From the NCBI GenBank assembly GCA_965645245.1, contig OZ287072.1, forward strand, positions 2,046,001-2,110,000: DNA of 64,000 nucleotides, given 5' to 3'. Positions 50,028 to 62,912 of this stretch are shown here, piece after piece (the first letter of the stretch is position 1; every line of letters starts with the position of its first letter). The stretch comes from Massalongia carnosa. Taxonomy: Eukaryota. The notes beneath the pieces are model-generated. The model ran no database searches. It worked only from the letters and a program-made list of their open reading frames with translations, and was not told the origin of the DNA. Both the position numbers and the translations under genes were made by a program.

Positions 50028-53000
50028 TAGTGGAGAATTATGGCAGATGGGCGTTGTGGCTGATTACATACCTCCTATTTTCATTCAAGACATTCGACAT
50101 TGTTACTTTGTCGCTTATGAACGCTCAACTCTATTGCTCGGTGCCTCTGCTTTGCATTCTTGTATAAATTGAATCAGACGAACCCTCTAACGCTGAGTAG
50201 CCCTGATGGCTACTGGATGAAATAGCGGGTCGGAATAACTACTGATCGCCGGAAACTCAACCTATTGGAGCGGTGCACGAAAGAGATAGGCAAAGAATAC
50301 TATTACCGGAGGACGGGGCAGCTAGAAAGTGGAAAAAGAGATAAAGCTGAAGTGAGGAGAAGACGGATTACCGAGAAGGGTAAGAGAGGGTAAGAGAGCG
50401 CATGGTCTAATAGAATGGCTACAGTGAGCTCTTTTATCTAGCATCGCACAGTGTTGGACTACCTAGCTGGCATGTGGCTAAGACACGCTCTTAGTCTATA
50501 AAGCAAAATTAGGCAGAGGTAGCGAACAAGAAAGCTCCAGAAAATGCTAAGAAAGCAGTCCAGCATACCAGGATCAATCCATCGGAGCAATTAGGCTTGA
50601 CCTCTATTGATCCTAGCATAATCTCTTTGGCGCTCAATGATATAGGACTGATTGATTCTGCCGGAAAATATCAACGTATTTCAAACCGGGCATGTCGTTG
50701 CTATGCGGGAGGAAAACAAGGCAAGGCATGATAGGAAGTCTCCTGGGACCGGTCGAGCATAAGGCTGAGTGGAGCTTTGCAGATATTTTACCTACGGCTG
50801 CATCAAATCTTTAAGGATGCTAAGCCAAGTACAAGAGTTAAACAGAAGTACGCAGCAGATGCTCTCACATAGCTTCAGACAAATGCTGAGGAGTATAACG
50901 AAGCTTGTCAAATTTCCAATCTCAGAATATCCCTCTTACAGTCTCGATCAGGAACCCAGAGCAAACATTACACTCTGCCAACCTCCGCATCAAGTTCAAA
51001 AGCAGAGTCAGATATATCATCCAAGGAGCCTTTTCTCGACTCATGTTACGAAATGTTTGCTCCTTGCTGAAGTCTTACAACATTTCTTCGATGTTTTTCT
51101 TATCGATCGTTTGGAGCATGTCTCATAGTCATTACCGTCTTCTATTCCCCAGGCCCATACTTCTACCATTGGGCTATCCTCCTCATTTTCGATCTCCACT
51201 GTCTTACTTACGTCGTTGATATCTATCTTCTAATTCTCTGTCCTTTGTGTAGTTTCGTCCCAACCCTGTTTTCTGCCCCCGGCCCGCTCAGTGGTCCCCC
51301 CATCAAACTGGAGGCCTTTCATCCTGGACTTCACTACTATCGGTGAGTTGTTCAATCTTACAAGCGATGAATTATATACTCTCTTCATGATGCCACTGTC
51401 ATGGTGACCTTTCCGCCCGAATTACTATGCACCAGTCACTCTCAATCTAGCAAATTATATCACTAACCAATGGACTTTCACCTTGTCATTACACTGTTTA
51501 GCTTAATGAGGTTTCTGGTTATTTCGGCGTGAAGTTGGCGAGACAATAGTATTGTTCTATTCAAGTTTTTGTACAGCCACCTTTGCGCAGTCCGTAACCT
51601 TAGTTTGGGAGACGACAAAGAAGCGCACATAGCTAGTGATGACCCTGCCCACTCTCAACCCTTCGGATAGAAGCTCTGGCTCCAAGGGAGCTTTTGGGCG
51701 ACAAGGGGTATGCGCCGAACCGGTTCTACCGGGTGATATGGGAAACCACGTATCCGTTCGTTCGTTCATTCATTCATTCATCCATGCGCATGGTGATGCA
51801 GCGAAAGCTCTCATCGGTCCTGTTGCGGTGCTATATTGAAGAGACAGAAGCATAGAATTAACGAGGAGAATACGATCATGATAATATCTATATCCTGGAA
51901 TAGAGAGGGGCGTGTTTATTGTAACGGCAGGCAGACAGCTCTCAACCGTAAGTCAGATACGCTTTTTCCATCCTTGTTTTGGATTATGAGACCAACTATG
52001 GAACAGATGAATACTCATTGGCTGCGAATCCTTATCAAACTCATCTAGATGGAATATGAATGAACGAACCAATCGTGCTAAGGGTGCGTCATTGTGTGCG
52101 TTTGCCTCTTTGCCTATAAGTGAGTGACAAGCTATGAAACACCATCTAGATCTTCCTCTTTTCTCCCTTTCTGGAAATCTCATATACCTCTTTTCGCCTC
52201 TTCCGCCTCTCAACCCCGACATCGACTCCTTCCCTCTCTCCTCTTTTAGAAACAGACCGACAAGTACAACTCTAGACACGGAAACTCATGCTATTACATG
52301 TAGGGAAGTCCAGCCAGTCTACATGGTCAATGCCAATTAGAATCGGAGCGTTCTCTACCTTGGTTATGCCTATGCTTATGTCCTAAGTATTAGGATATGG
52401 GGGTGAGGAATGGAGGGAGAGTGGCGGGTGAATAGGTAGATATGATCTTGTTGTTAATATTAGTGAGTTCTAATCCCATTCATATGTAAAGCGGGTTTCC
52501 CAACCGTTTTTTTCTTTTTCTTGGTTTATTTTTACAAAAGGGACAAAGTATACGGAGCATATGAGGTAGAGATGTGTGTGGCGTTTCCTTGGGAACAGAA
52601 AAGGAGGGATAAAGGAGGGAAGAATGTATGAAGGATATGGGAAGAACATGAAATAAATATGAAATACCTATGAAAAAAGAGAAACGGTTGAAAAGTTCAA
52701 AGATTCATCAACAAAACATCTCCTCTCATTCTTGTTTGCCGTTACCCATAACTCCTATTTTCATCCTCCCTCCCTCCCTACCTCACGCTCAACCAAAAAC
52801 AGTCTCAATAAACAACTAAAACAATAACAACTCGTGAAACGAAAAACAACAAAGCGAAAGAAAGGGAAAGGTCAGGCAATAGGGATAAAAAATAATAACA
52901 ATAAGACGACAACGGAGGAATACATTATGCAAGAACGAAACCCCCCAATCACTCCAAAAAATGAGAAAAAAAGAAAAAAAAGGAAAATGAAGAGAAAACG

Positions 53001-53616
53001 ACAGAAGTGCGATGATATAAAAGAGATGGAAAAAAAAGCAAACTATCACATAAAAAAACCGTCCATCTACCCATCTAGGCACATAGCCACGCTAACGCTA
53101 ACTGTACATATATACATAAATACATCAACAAGAGGAAGAAGAAAAGAAAGAAAAAAAGAAGAAAAAACGGGGTTTGTTCAGTCTGTCTCTATAACTTCTT
53201 TGCGGGCGGTTATCGGTCGATTTTTTGGGAATGGTTGATTGGTTACTCTGTAGAGTACCTCAGGATAAGGAGATGGTGTAGGAAAGGAAGGTAGGAAGGT
53301 AGATAGGGGTTAGGTGGGGTAAACAGGCGTAGAGTAGATGGGGGGCAGGTTTAAAGGTAGGTAGAGAGATTGACGCGTTGGGGGGGGGGTTAACATATGG
53401 GTGGATATGTACATAGGTATGTGTTAGGAGGGAGAAATATAAATACCGAGAAGAATAGGGTGGAGGGAAAAAGGAGAAAGAAGAAAATACTCTATGTACG
53501 CCATAGTATGAGATGGTATTTTATCGCAAGTGAAGTGCAAAAAAAAAGCCCGAATAAACAGATATTCCCCCCCCAACCTCAACCCCAACCCAAACTCCTC
53601 TCCCTCCATAACCCCC

Positions 53617-54236
53617 TCAATCATACTCATCCCGATTAACCTGATAGGCCATAACCATCATCCAGAACAAGAACACGCAGCCAACGATGCCCATGGCGAA
53701 CGCCGCCTTCCACTGCTGGCAAATGCTACTTGTCTCCAACCAGGCCAGGGCGCCCTCGTTAGCGCCGCGTTGCGCCTGGTACAGGTTGCAATAGCTGCTG
53801 ACGCTCTGCTGGGGCCCGTATAGTAGGATGGAGGTCTCAATCAGGCCCGTCAGCCAGAGCGTGAAGAGGATGAAGGACCCTAGCACTACGATGCCGGGGA
53901 GGAGCTGCCGTTGGGAGATCAGGATCAGGAGGAGGAGGAGGAAGAGCAGCGAGAGTGCACCCGTGGTGATCATGAAAGGAAATAGCCTGTTTGGAAATGG
54001 GGGAGAGGGGGGTTAGCGATATGGTGGAAATAGAATTGGGGGGGGGGCGGAGGGAATGCAGGAACGAACCAAGGAATGCCCACGCCAAGCGTATTCTGCA
54101 CCGTCACGAACGTCGCAAAGATCCCCACCACCGTCGCCGACACCGCGATCATGACTAGCAGCCAGAAATTTAGCTGCGCTTCTGGCCAGTGGTATGTTCG
54201 CCGACGCTCCCTGACGCGGATTTCCGTCGTTGCCAT
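53617..54236 (-). CDS. Conserved fungal 4-TM MARVEL-like membrane protein, 2 exons
   Basis: YHWPEAQLNFW, GIFATF, GIPW|LFPF, QRQLLPG, WL...SICQQWKAAF; four hydrophobic segments. Confidence 0.8.
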
Positions 54237-55446
54237 GTTCTTGTTTCCCCCCCCCCCTGGATTGTTTTTGCCGAGAAGAGAACAAACGAACAGAGAGAAA
54301 GTGCGATCTCTGATCGTGTTTTATTCTTTCCCTCTTTCCCTCCCCTGAGCAATGATCCAAGCAAGCGCTGTCGTTTTCGGATTTCTACCCTCCGAACCCT
54401 CGCTGCCTAACCTCCACTCCCGTTTCCCCCCGCTATCCCCCGCTATCCCGAATGTATCGTCGTCGGGCCTAGCCCGATGGAATCCCAGAAATTTGCGCTC
54501 AGCTGCCCAAGTCAAGTTGCGCCCCAAAATGCCCAATGGAAATCCCTTTTCTGGTGCAAGAGCAATGGCAAGTCCAAACTAACTGCGCGCCAAGCCTTTT
54601 GCTTTCTGGTAGAACAAACCACTAAACGAATGATGATGATATCGCACAGACAGTTTTTTCTGAGTGATATAGGGACGCGCTGAGCCTCAAAAGTGGAAGT
54701 GATAGTAAAGCTAACTAGTTACCAAGGTTGGATAGATTTCGTCACAACGAAAACATGTGGCGGGGGAAGCGAGTACTTTACGGTAGTGTGGCTGGCGGAC
54801 GCTAAGTGGCTAGTGGACCAGCTAGTGATTAGCGGGCTGAACGAAAGAACGCTAGTGTCGATCGGGATAACAAGGTGAAGGACAAATACTTGTTGACGTT
54901 GGGTGAAACGTTCGAAATACGATCCATCGCTGCAAAATTATCTTTACGCTCTCTTCCCGAACATATTCTACGTTGATGCAGATGGATAATGTGTTTGTAT
55001 TTTCTATCTATAAGGCATGCAGAAAATCTAGGTACCTATCTAAATGTGTGTGCGCTAGTAAACTCGTGCAACACTGGAACAGGGAGGCTAGTGGGCGAAT
55101 TACCTGAACCACATACTGCCCTTCAGCCCAAGGAATATCGCAGCGCTGTGGAGGAATATGCAGACGTGTGGGGGTGGTTTGCAATGGAAAACATGATGGA
55201 AGCGTGTGAAAGATAATGACTCCATACACCGGAAAGCCTATGTATGCTGCACACACTCATAAAAACTAGGACGGAGGCGTAGTTCGCTCCAACCATCGAT
55301 CTACCCTGCGGATGCGATGTCTGGCTCCGTCGGACAAGTAAGTAGTCCCCGTAGCAACCCCTGTCACGCTGATACTAAACCCGACCGGTCCAACCGCTGA
55401 ACCAAAGCGCCGGAAGCAGCCGACGATTCGCGGTTGAATCGGCCCC

Positions 55447-58400
55447 TTAAACGATCCTTTCCACCTCGCCCGAAGAAGCGATTCCGTCCCAACTGGTCTT
55501 CTCCCACCACGTTCTCCGTCGCTTGATGTTTGGGCGGCTTTGCTCCTCCATAGTCAGTGACGAGCCGGATTTTTCGCTGCCAAAACCGCTGCCGCCACCG
55601 GCCGTCGCGGCCGAACTTCCAGCGGGGAGCTCGGCGAGGAATAGGCCAACGTTGCTGTCAAACTCCTGTTCCTGCGCGGCAATGGTATCCGGGTCAAGTA
55701 CGCGCGCATGGGCTAGGAGGTCGATCGAAGAGTCATCGGAGCCTTCCGAGGTGGAGATGTAGGAGGATTCCTGACTGCTACCGTCCGAGGAGGCGAGAGG
55801 GAAGCCATGGCCCGCTTGATAGGCGTCGGCTTCTGCAAGAGAGGACATGGGCGAACACTTGCGAAGAACCTCATCCTCCGACGTCTGGCTGTAATCCTCA
55901 TCCTCGTCGTCGTTGTCGGATGAAAATGGAAGGCTGATGTAGGAAGGATCAGGGAGGGTGGAAGGGGGAAGGATAGTCGTAGCGGCGGAGATGCATTTGG
56001 CTGCGACTTGGGGGCTTGACCGATCCGCAGAAGGGAGGTGTAAGCCGCGAAGGACATCAAGCTTTCTGAGGGGAGTGTGGCGTACAGGTTCACGGAAATG
56101 AACCCGAGGGATCGCCGGTGGAGAACTCAACCCAGAACGTTTAACATGCTGGACCTGCACGTGGATGACAAAGTTATCTTGAGGCTGCACGTTACCAAGT
56201 CCCGATACCTCCATGTACGCAGGTGCGACACCGTCGTGCACCTCGTCGCGGTGTACAAGGTCTGACGCTTCGATGGTAAGATACGGTTCCGACGTTGCAG
56301 GACTATCGCCGCCAGCTTTCACAGATTCGCTGAGTATATGGCTGTTGAGCAAAGGTCTTCTTCCTCCGTTCACGCTGAAATCAGTGCTTGCATCATAAAG
56401 TGGACGACCAAGGGGCTTATCGGTAAACCGAGCATATGTTTTATCGTCGGTAGAAGCCCTACCGGGATCACCGCTCAGGTCGGTGCAGAACAAGGCTTTT
56501 TTGTAGAATATAATGGGCCCGCTTTCCCTTTCGTAGCCATGCCACCCCAGACGTGCCTCTTTACCTTGAGTATCCTGGTAGCTGGATTCGGCTCTGTTCA
56601 TGCTGTCTGCGCCATCCGAGGACGTCGCAGAGCCGTCGTCACGAACGCCATAGTCGCCTTCGTCCTCGGACCGCGAACCTCGATAGAACAATGGCTTGTA
56701 GTGAAAATTGCTGGCGTTATTGAATCGGCCAAGGAAAATCGGTCGGCATTTGGCTCCAGCCCCTACATCTGCCGAAGAATTGTAGAGGGAGACTTGAGAG
56801 AAATCATTTGTGGTAGACTGAACATCGGTCCCGGGTTTGCTCACGCTGATGGGTTCTAGCTGATGTCGTTGGGCGGGCGGGTAGCCATGGTCCAATGTAA
56901 GCCGTTTTCCATGCTCTGTGCTACTATCGCTGTCCGAGCTCATTTTGGTCCCTTCAATTCCGCCCCTCCACCTGATCTTTCGCCCATCGGCGGAAAGTAC
57001 TAACCTCGCGCTCACGTCCGCAACCGACTTTCTGACGAACGCAAGAGTCACGTTTAAGGTATGCAACTGAGCCATATTCATCAACAAGTTCAAATACACC
57101 CATCCACCCAGGGATTCTGGTGAGGCTCCAGCATTCCCCATCGGTGAGGCGATTCCGAGATGTCGTATGTATTGGATGTTCTCCGCGGGGATTTGCTCCC
57201 TGGATAAATCCAAGTCCAGCGGACGAGTCGGTCTCTGATCCGGCGTTCCACCACCACTAGGTAGTGAGCCGCCTTCGGTGCTCTCTCGCGGCTGGAAAAT
57301 AATAGGTTCGTCGGTGGCTGGATCGGCATGAAATTCTGCGTTCAGTGGGAGAATCCGCGCCTCTCGCACACCTTCTGTCACAACTAGACGTCCTCCAGCT
57401 TCGCTGGCTCTTCTGTCCGCTTTGGCTGCTGACTTGGACACCTCCTGTTGCTGGAGCGACAAGTTGTACCCCTTGGTAGCCGCACCTTTGCCGGTAAAAA
57501 GCTGTTCCAGCCTTCGCACTACAAGCTTTTGTTTGGCCTTTTCCGTCATGAAAGGCGACCTTTTCGGTAGTAGACCTTTGGGGATGTCATGCAAATATGA
57601 TTTCACGTGTTGGCGTTTCGAATCAGCGGATTGGACGACCCTCTCTGAACCTTTGATTTCATGACGATTCGATTGCGAGTTCATGGTTTGCCCCGACGCA
57701 GAGATCGAAGCATACGCCGAGTCAACGGGTTTGGAATAAGACGTCGAGGATGAAGATGTTTTGTGTAACGACGGCAGTGGATCCGGGAGTAAGGATACTG
57801 GTGGTTGGTTGGCGCTGAATGAAGGCGTATCCGGAGTCTCCTCTAGGCTTGATGCAAAGAGTCGGAGAGTCTGTTCTAGCTCTCGCTTTCGGTGGGCGGG
57901 CAGACCGTGTACTCTGACCTCGAACAGTTTTTCTTTCTGGAGATGTGAACAGTGTAATGTTTCGTACCGCTTGAGTTTTCGCCTTAGCTTTTTGTTTTTA
58001 ATCGTCAAATGGTCAATCACGCTGCGGAACTCCTCGCTCGTACTCTCGCTCGACCCCGTTGGCGACAGAAAAGACCTCTTGGGAGGGAGGCGCCTCGCTT
58101 GATTGCTACGGCTTTCCGGTGACTGGTTGGATCCCACCGCACAATCGCTCGCAAGATCCGACGAGGATTGTCGAAGATAAAATGGTGGATCATCTGATAC
58201 CATATTTAGCACAGCGTCGGAAGAGCGGTTGCGGTTGTATTACCGTCTGTGAACGCGATGTTTCGAGCACCAGAGACGTTCTTATTGGTATCATCAAACC
58301 ATTTCGCTGCATTTGCTCGTCCTGTCGACTCTGGGTTGATTTTCCCGGGAGGGTTCTTCGTCCGCGTGTGAAACTGAGAGGCGGTAGGATTCGAGGAGGT

Positions 58401-58598
58401 ATTCATCGGTCTCCGCGCTGGCTCGTTCTGGGTTTTCGGCGATACCTTCAGACGTTTGGAAGGGTTTGGCCGCAGGCGTACCGAGAGTGGTGCAGTGCCC
58501 GGCCCAGGCAGTTCATGGTTTGCCGAATGATGAGGGTGGTGAAGTCCCAGGTCCTGTGCCACCGATGCTTGTCCGAATTTCACCTGATTTGGCGGCAT
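55447..58598 (-). CDS. frq: Circadian clock protein FREQUENCY, 2 exons (intron 58194-58243)
   Basis: KWFDDTNKN, DDPPFY, FRSVIDHLTIKNKKLRRKL (coiled coil), LFEVRVHGLP, KLVVRRLEQLFTG, EGVREA, PDQRPTRPLDLD, GWVYLNLLMNMAQLH, KIRWRGG, FHYKPLF, SGLG.V.P.DNF. Confidence 0.95.
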
Positions 58599-59239
58599 GC
58601 TGGAAGTAGGGCAGAGGGTTGGGGTAGAGCGAGAAGAGTGATGGCTCCAGCAGCAGCCACGGCTACTAATGTTTGACGTGCGTATGCTTGACGGGATCCT
58701 GGCTCAACACATATGACTGATCACGAGTAGACCAAAAGCACTGCATCCTAACAAAGCATCCAAAAGGTATGAACGCGCGCCGGATAACCAGAATCGCGCG
58801 GACGGTACAAAGTAGAGAGTATCTTCCTTAGAGCGAAGGGTGGAACGCGTAGCCCATCAATGCTTTCACTCACCGTATGTAACGTATTTGGAGGGGGGTG
58901 AGGCGTAGCTCCTTTCACGAATGGACCCGATATGCCACGGACGCCTTAGCTCTTCTGAAGGGGGGGAGTTCGTAGGTCCACGACGGCGCATCGCGGAGAG
59001 GGAGGGGCATAGTATACGTTTTGGCAAGATGGAGTTTCCGCTGGGGCAGGGGCATGGGGTAATCCGCACCTTGTCTGTCCAGGCCAAAACCGGTGTTGTT
59101 TTGGTGGGAGGGGGGGAACGGGCGATCGCATTCTATCCAATGCCCGTGGAGAAAAAGACCCTTTGACCATCGTGTGGAGCTTGGCATGATCGAAGCTTCA
59201 ACGGATTCGGAGCATGCTCCAGACGGTCGAGAATTTGGC

Positions 59240-59460
59240 GGTTCATCGATCGACGAGGAGACATCGCGCAGGGGTTTAAAGATCGGGGGACGGCTGTTAG
59301 TAGAAACACGTGCAGCATCGATCCGACGTGGATATACAAGGTCGATCACGATGGATGATTGGTGCGTTGGCAACGGAATACGCTCCGGCTAAGACGACCT
59401 GGAAGCGAACATTACAGCTAAAATTGGGGCTGTCACGATTTGATCGGCGATCACGCATGT
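59240..59460. promoter_or_regulatory. Cluster of GATCG/CGAT motifs upstream of frq; candidate White Collar Complex site
   Basis: ATCGATCGA near 59246, ATCGATCCGA near 59317, TCGATCACGATGGATGAT at 59342 and CGATTTGATCGGCGATC near 59436, all within ~220 bp. Confidence 0.4.
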
Positions 59461-61687
59461 GGCAAACACCTTGGGAAGATGCCCGGGGCCGTGGGCGACA
59501 GTACGGTATTAAACTAGTGAAACCAGTCGATGGTGTAACTATCGAGTATAGAGTACATACAACCAATACCTACCTCCCGTACGGCGTACAGAATAGATAT
59601 TCGGTATGCTCGGTACAGGTATCTGGAATGTCCCCCCGCCTCGGAACCTTCACGGTGTTACTCTGTACGATATTCAATCTCCGTGCTCGACTGTACATAC
59701 CACGTATCCAATAACTACGACCTTTAACCACCCCCGATCCGCACATAGTCACCTGCCGTCGCATTGTTTATATCGTCGATGAACGAAACATGTCCCGAGT
59801 AGATTGAGTGGTCAACGACGAGCGGGGCAAGGTCCGAGATGCTCGGTTCCGCGAAGTCCCATGAGGTTGGATCAAGTGAAGGGTTTTATGGCCCTGCATG
59901 CAGGCAGCGGAGGGTACATCTCTATTGTCTATCCTCGTGGGGGGGAAGGGTGTCGATGAGATCTGACTCACAGCCCGGTGGCAGCTCCCATCAACGAGAA
60001 CGCGGGCCCATAGCAGTGTGTGGTCTGCATCGATCTCATTCTTTACTTACGAGTCGATGGCTTGCTCAAATTTCCCAAACATGGCAGTATGGATTACGAA
60101 CGCCACGTCGAGAGTCTCGGCGAGCCTGAAAAGCGCGATTTCGTGATCTGCGCAAGGGATTAATGGCGAGCCAGCGTGCGCCCTACAGTCCAATCGCCTA
60201 TCTCTAACCCGGTATCTCATAACTAGCCGTTCTTCGCTCGTTCTGTTGCTCCTCCTACTGCGCCAAACGTCTTCCGCATAATCGATTTTCCTATGTCATG
60301 ATCATATCAGCTCCACATTCGGGAAATGCGCGACGAGCATTCCTGAAACTAACGCAGTGCATGTGCGCGTCCGCATTTGTCCCATTTGTGGCTTCCACAA
60401 AGGTGTCCATACGTCGATGCCGTGCAGAAGATTCGATTCGAGACTGCCGTTTTCGGACCACGAAAGCTACGTCAGAACCGCTTCCTGAACACTGGCATAA
60501 ATGCGAATATGCAGCTGCTGAGAGGCACAAAGAACCCTGAAATCCACCGTGTTCGTAACATAGCATTATTGCGTAATTGCTAGAGAAGCCGCGTTAACGA
60601 TACTCCAGCGTGCTGCGCTGGTGCTGCCTTGACCTTACTTTGTTGAGCAGTTCCTGAAGCGACTACTGCCATTTTGGTCTGTTCTCTTGAAGATATACTT
60701 TGGCGGCAAGCAACAGGATGTGAGGAAAGTAACGGTCTACGAGATATAACCGATGAAACCGAAATCGATAAGCATTTGGTTTTCAACTGACTCATCGTTT
60801 GTATTTGATACTCCAAATAATGGAAGACTGAGCATTTGGGATTGCTGGACGAATGTGACACGTCAAACAGGACACTTGATCGGGTTGCACTTGTGGCCTC
60901 AATCTCAAGGCAAGTATTACTCACATCTAATCATCCAGCCAATATCGCAGCCCTTATTTGTCGATATTTAGGGTCCTCACAATATTCATCGCTAAGGTGT
61001 ATATCCTCTTCCTTTTTGTAGGGGGATATGAAGCTTCGGAAAGTTTAATCCTTGACACGTGGGACTGGCTGTTCCATAGAAAACAACAGCTCTCACCAAC
61101 TCGCAGTGGGCATTCGGGATTGGCGACGAATGATCATCGAGCGTCACGTTTGTCATCAAAGTCGACGATAGCGCAAGATCTATTTGCACGCATACTTAAC
61201 CATAAAGAAGGATCAATAGGAAATGTTCGGAAACAGCAGCATCAAGAAAACTCATCAACATCCGCGGTCGTTTGACCACATGATAATTGATCGACGTTGA
61301 ATATGGTTTCGTTAATTAACATTGAATCTTCAATACATACCCCCCCTTTGCTTTAATATTCGAGACACGAGTAGGCCTGGACCCAACAACTCTTAGTCGT
61401 TCACAGGTTCCTCTCTTTAGCTTGGCAACTGTACGAACAATCGTTATATGTTAGAGCGTTAACTTCGTATCGCAAAACTTTACCAGCGTGTCTGATTGTC
61501 ACGTTCTAGCAATATAGGTTTGAGCTGTAATCTCCTCTATTTGCCTTCGACCCAACAGCCATATATTGTATACGTTCTTAGCCTTCCTCGTGATCATCTT
61601 TCATTCACTCATTCTCGTCGCAACTCTTTGCTCGTCATTTCATCTATCCATCCTCCTGCCCACTTCTCCAACTTCCTCCATCTTCGA

Positions 61688-61712
61688 TTCGTTCGTTCGT
61701 TCGTTCGTTCGT
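61688..61712. repeat. (TTCG)n microsatellite
   Basis: Read directly from the sequence. Confidence 0.85.
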
Positions 61713-62279
61713 TTGTTGCCCCCACCAGCATCGACTATCTACAGTATCTTCCATGAGAGAAAGATCATCCTAGGGGCTCAGCTTAAGCAAAGACCGCTCG
61801 TACGCCCGAGAAAAGGTCATCAGGCTAGGTCGGAACAGGGTGTTGAGCAACTAGCACATCGTATCGGATAAATCAACGAGTTGCGCTAGGTAAATTAAGG
61901 GTGAGAAACCTATATATCATCTACTTAGCTTTGGCTCGTTGCGCCGAGAAGGGCTGAGTATTGCACTCTAGACATAATAATGTTCCTTTTCCTTTCCTTC
62001 TCTCTTTCCCTCTCTAGCTCTAGATCCTATTTTCATTCATTCATTCTTCCTCCCCCCCCCTTCTCTGGACCCAAGATAAACATACCTACCCTATTCCCAT
62101 CTCTCGGAATGTCCTGAATATCCCGCCATCTTCGCCGTAGGTATGTATTGTATTATGTGCTTTATGTAAGTTGTTGTATGCTGCAAGGCGAAGCTGGAGC
62201 TGAAAGCCAAGGTTAGAGTTAGAGTTATTTATGTATGTATGAATTGAACTGGGGGAGAGGGATTCGATTAAATGTATCG

Positions 62280-62830
62280 CTAAATCAAAACATAATTTTC
62301 TTTTATCTATCTATCTATCCATCCATCTATTCAATTCCATTCCATTCCATTCCATTCCCTTCCTTCCCCCCCTCCCTCTCAGCCAACAACCAACCCAGCC
62401 AGCAAAGCCAGCCAGCCAAAACAGACGTAATCTTCTCTCTATACCTAAACGTGAGACCGAGACGATGAAAAGAAACGACAAAGGAGAACGAGAAAGAAGG
62501 ACTTGTTTATATATATATATATATACATATCTTTTATATATACATACACGCACAAGCGAAGAATAGGTAGTAGGTACGAGTACTCATGAAGTCCTCCTGT
62601 AGGTAGATTAGGTAGATGAAACGGGGGAATTTCGCGCGAGAGGAAGAGAAAGAAGGAGGAAGAAGAAGAAGAAGACTGAAAAAAAGATTTCAGGAAAATC
62701 GACTGCTGTGAATGATAAAGTATTCATAGATAGCTATGTACTACGTGTCATGGAAAAATCGGGTGCCTAGAACACGCAGGCAAGCAAGCAAGCAAGCAAG
62801 CGAAGAAGAAGTAGGAAAGAAAGACAGAAA
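62280..62830. repeat. Simple-repeat-rich 3' flank of apsB: (ATCT)n, (ATTCC)n, (TA)n, (GAA)n, (GCAA)n
   Basis: Read directly from the sequence. Confidence 0.8.
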
Positions 62831-62912
62831 GCAAGCGCAGTAGCGAAGCGTACAATACCCATGCTCTCACCCTATCATATTCTTCCTCTCCTCCCCCCTC
62901 CCCCCTACATAG

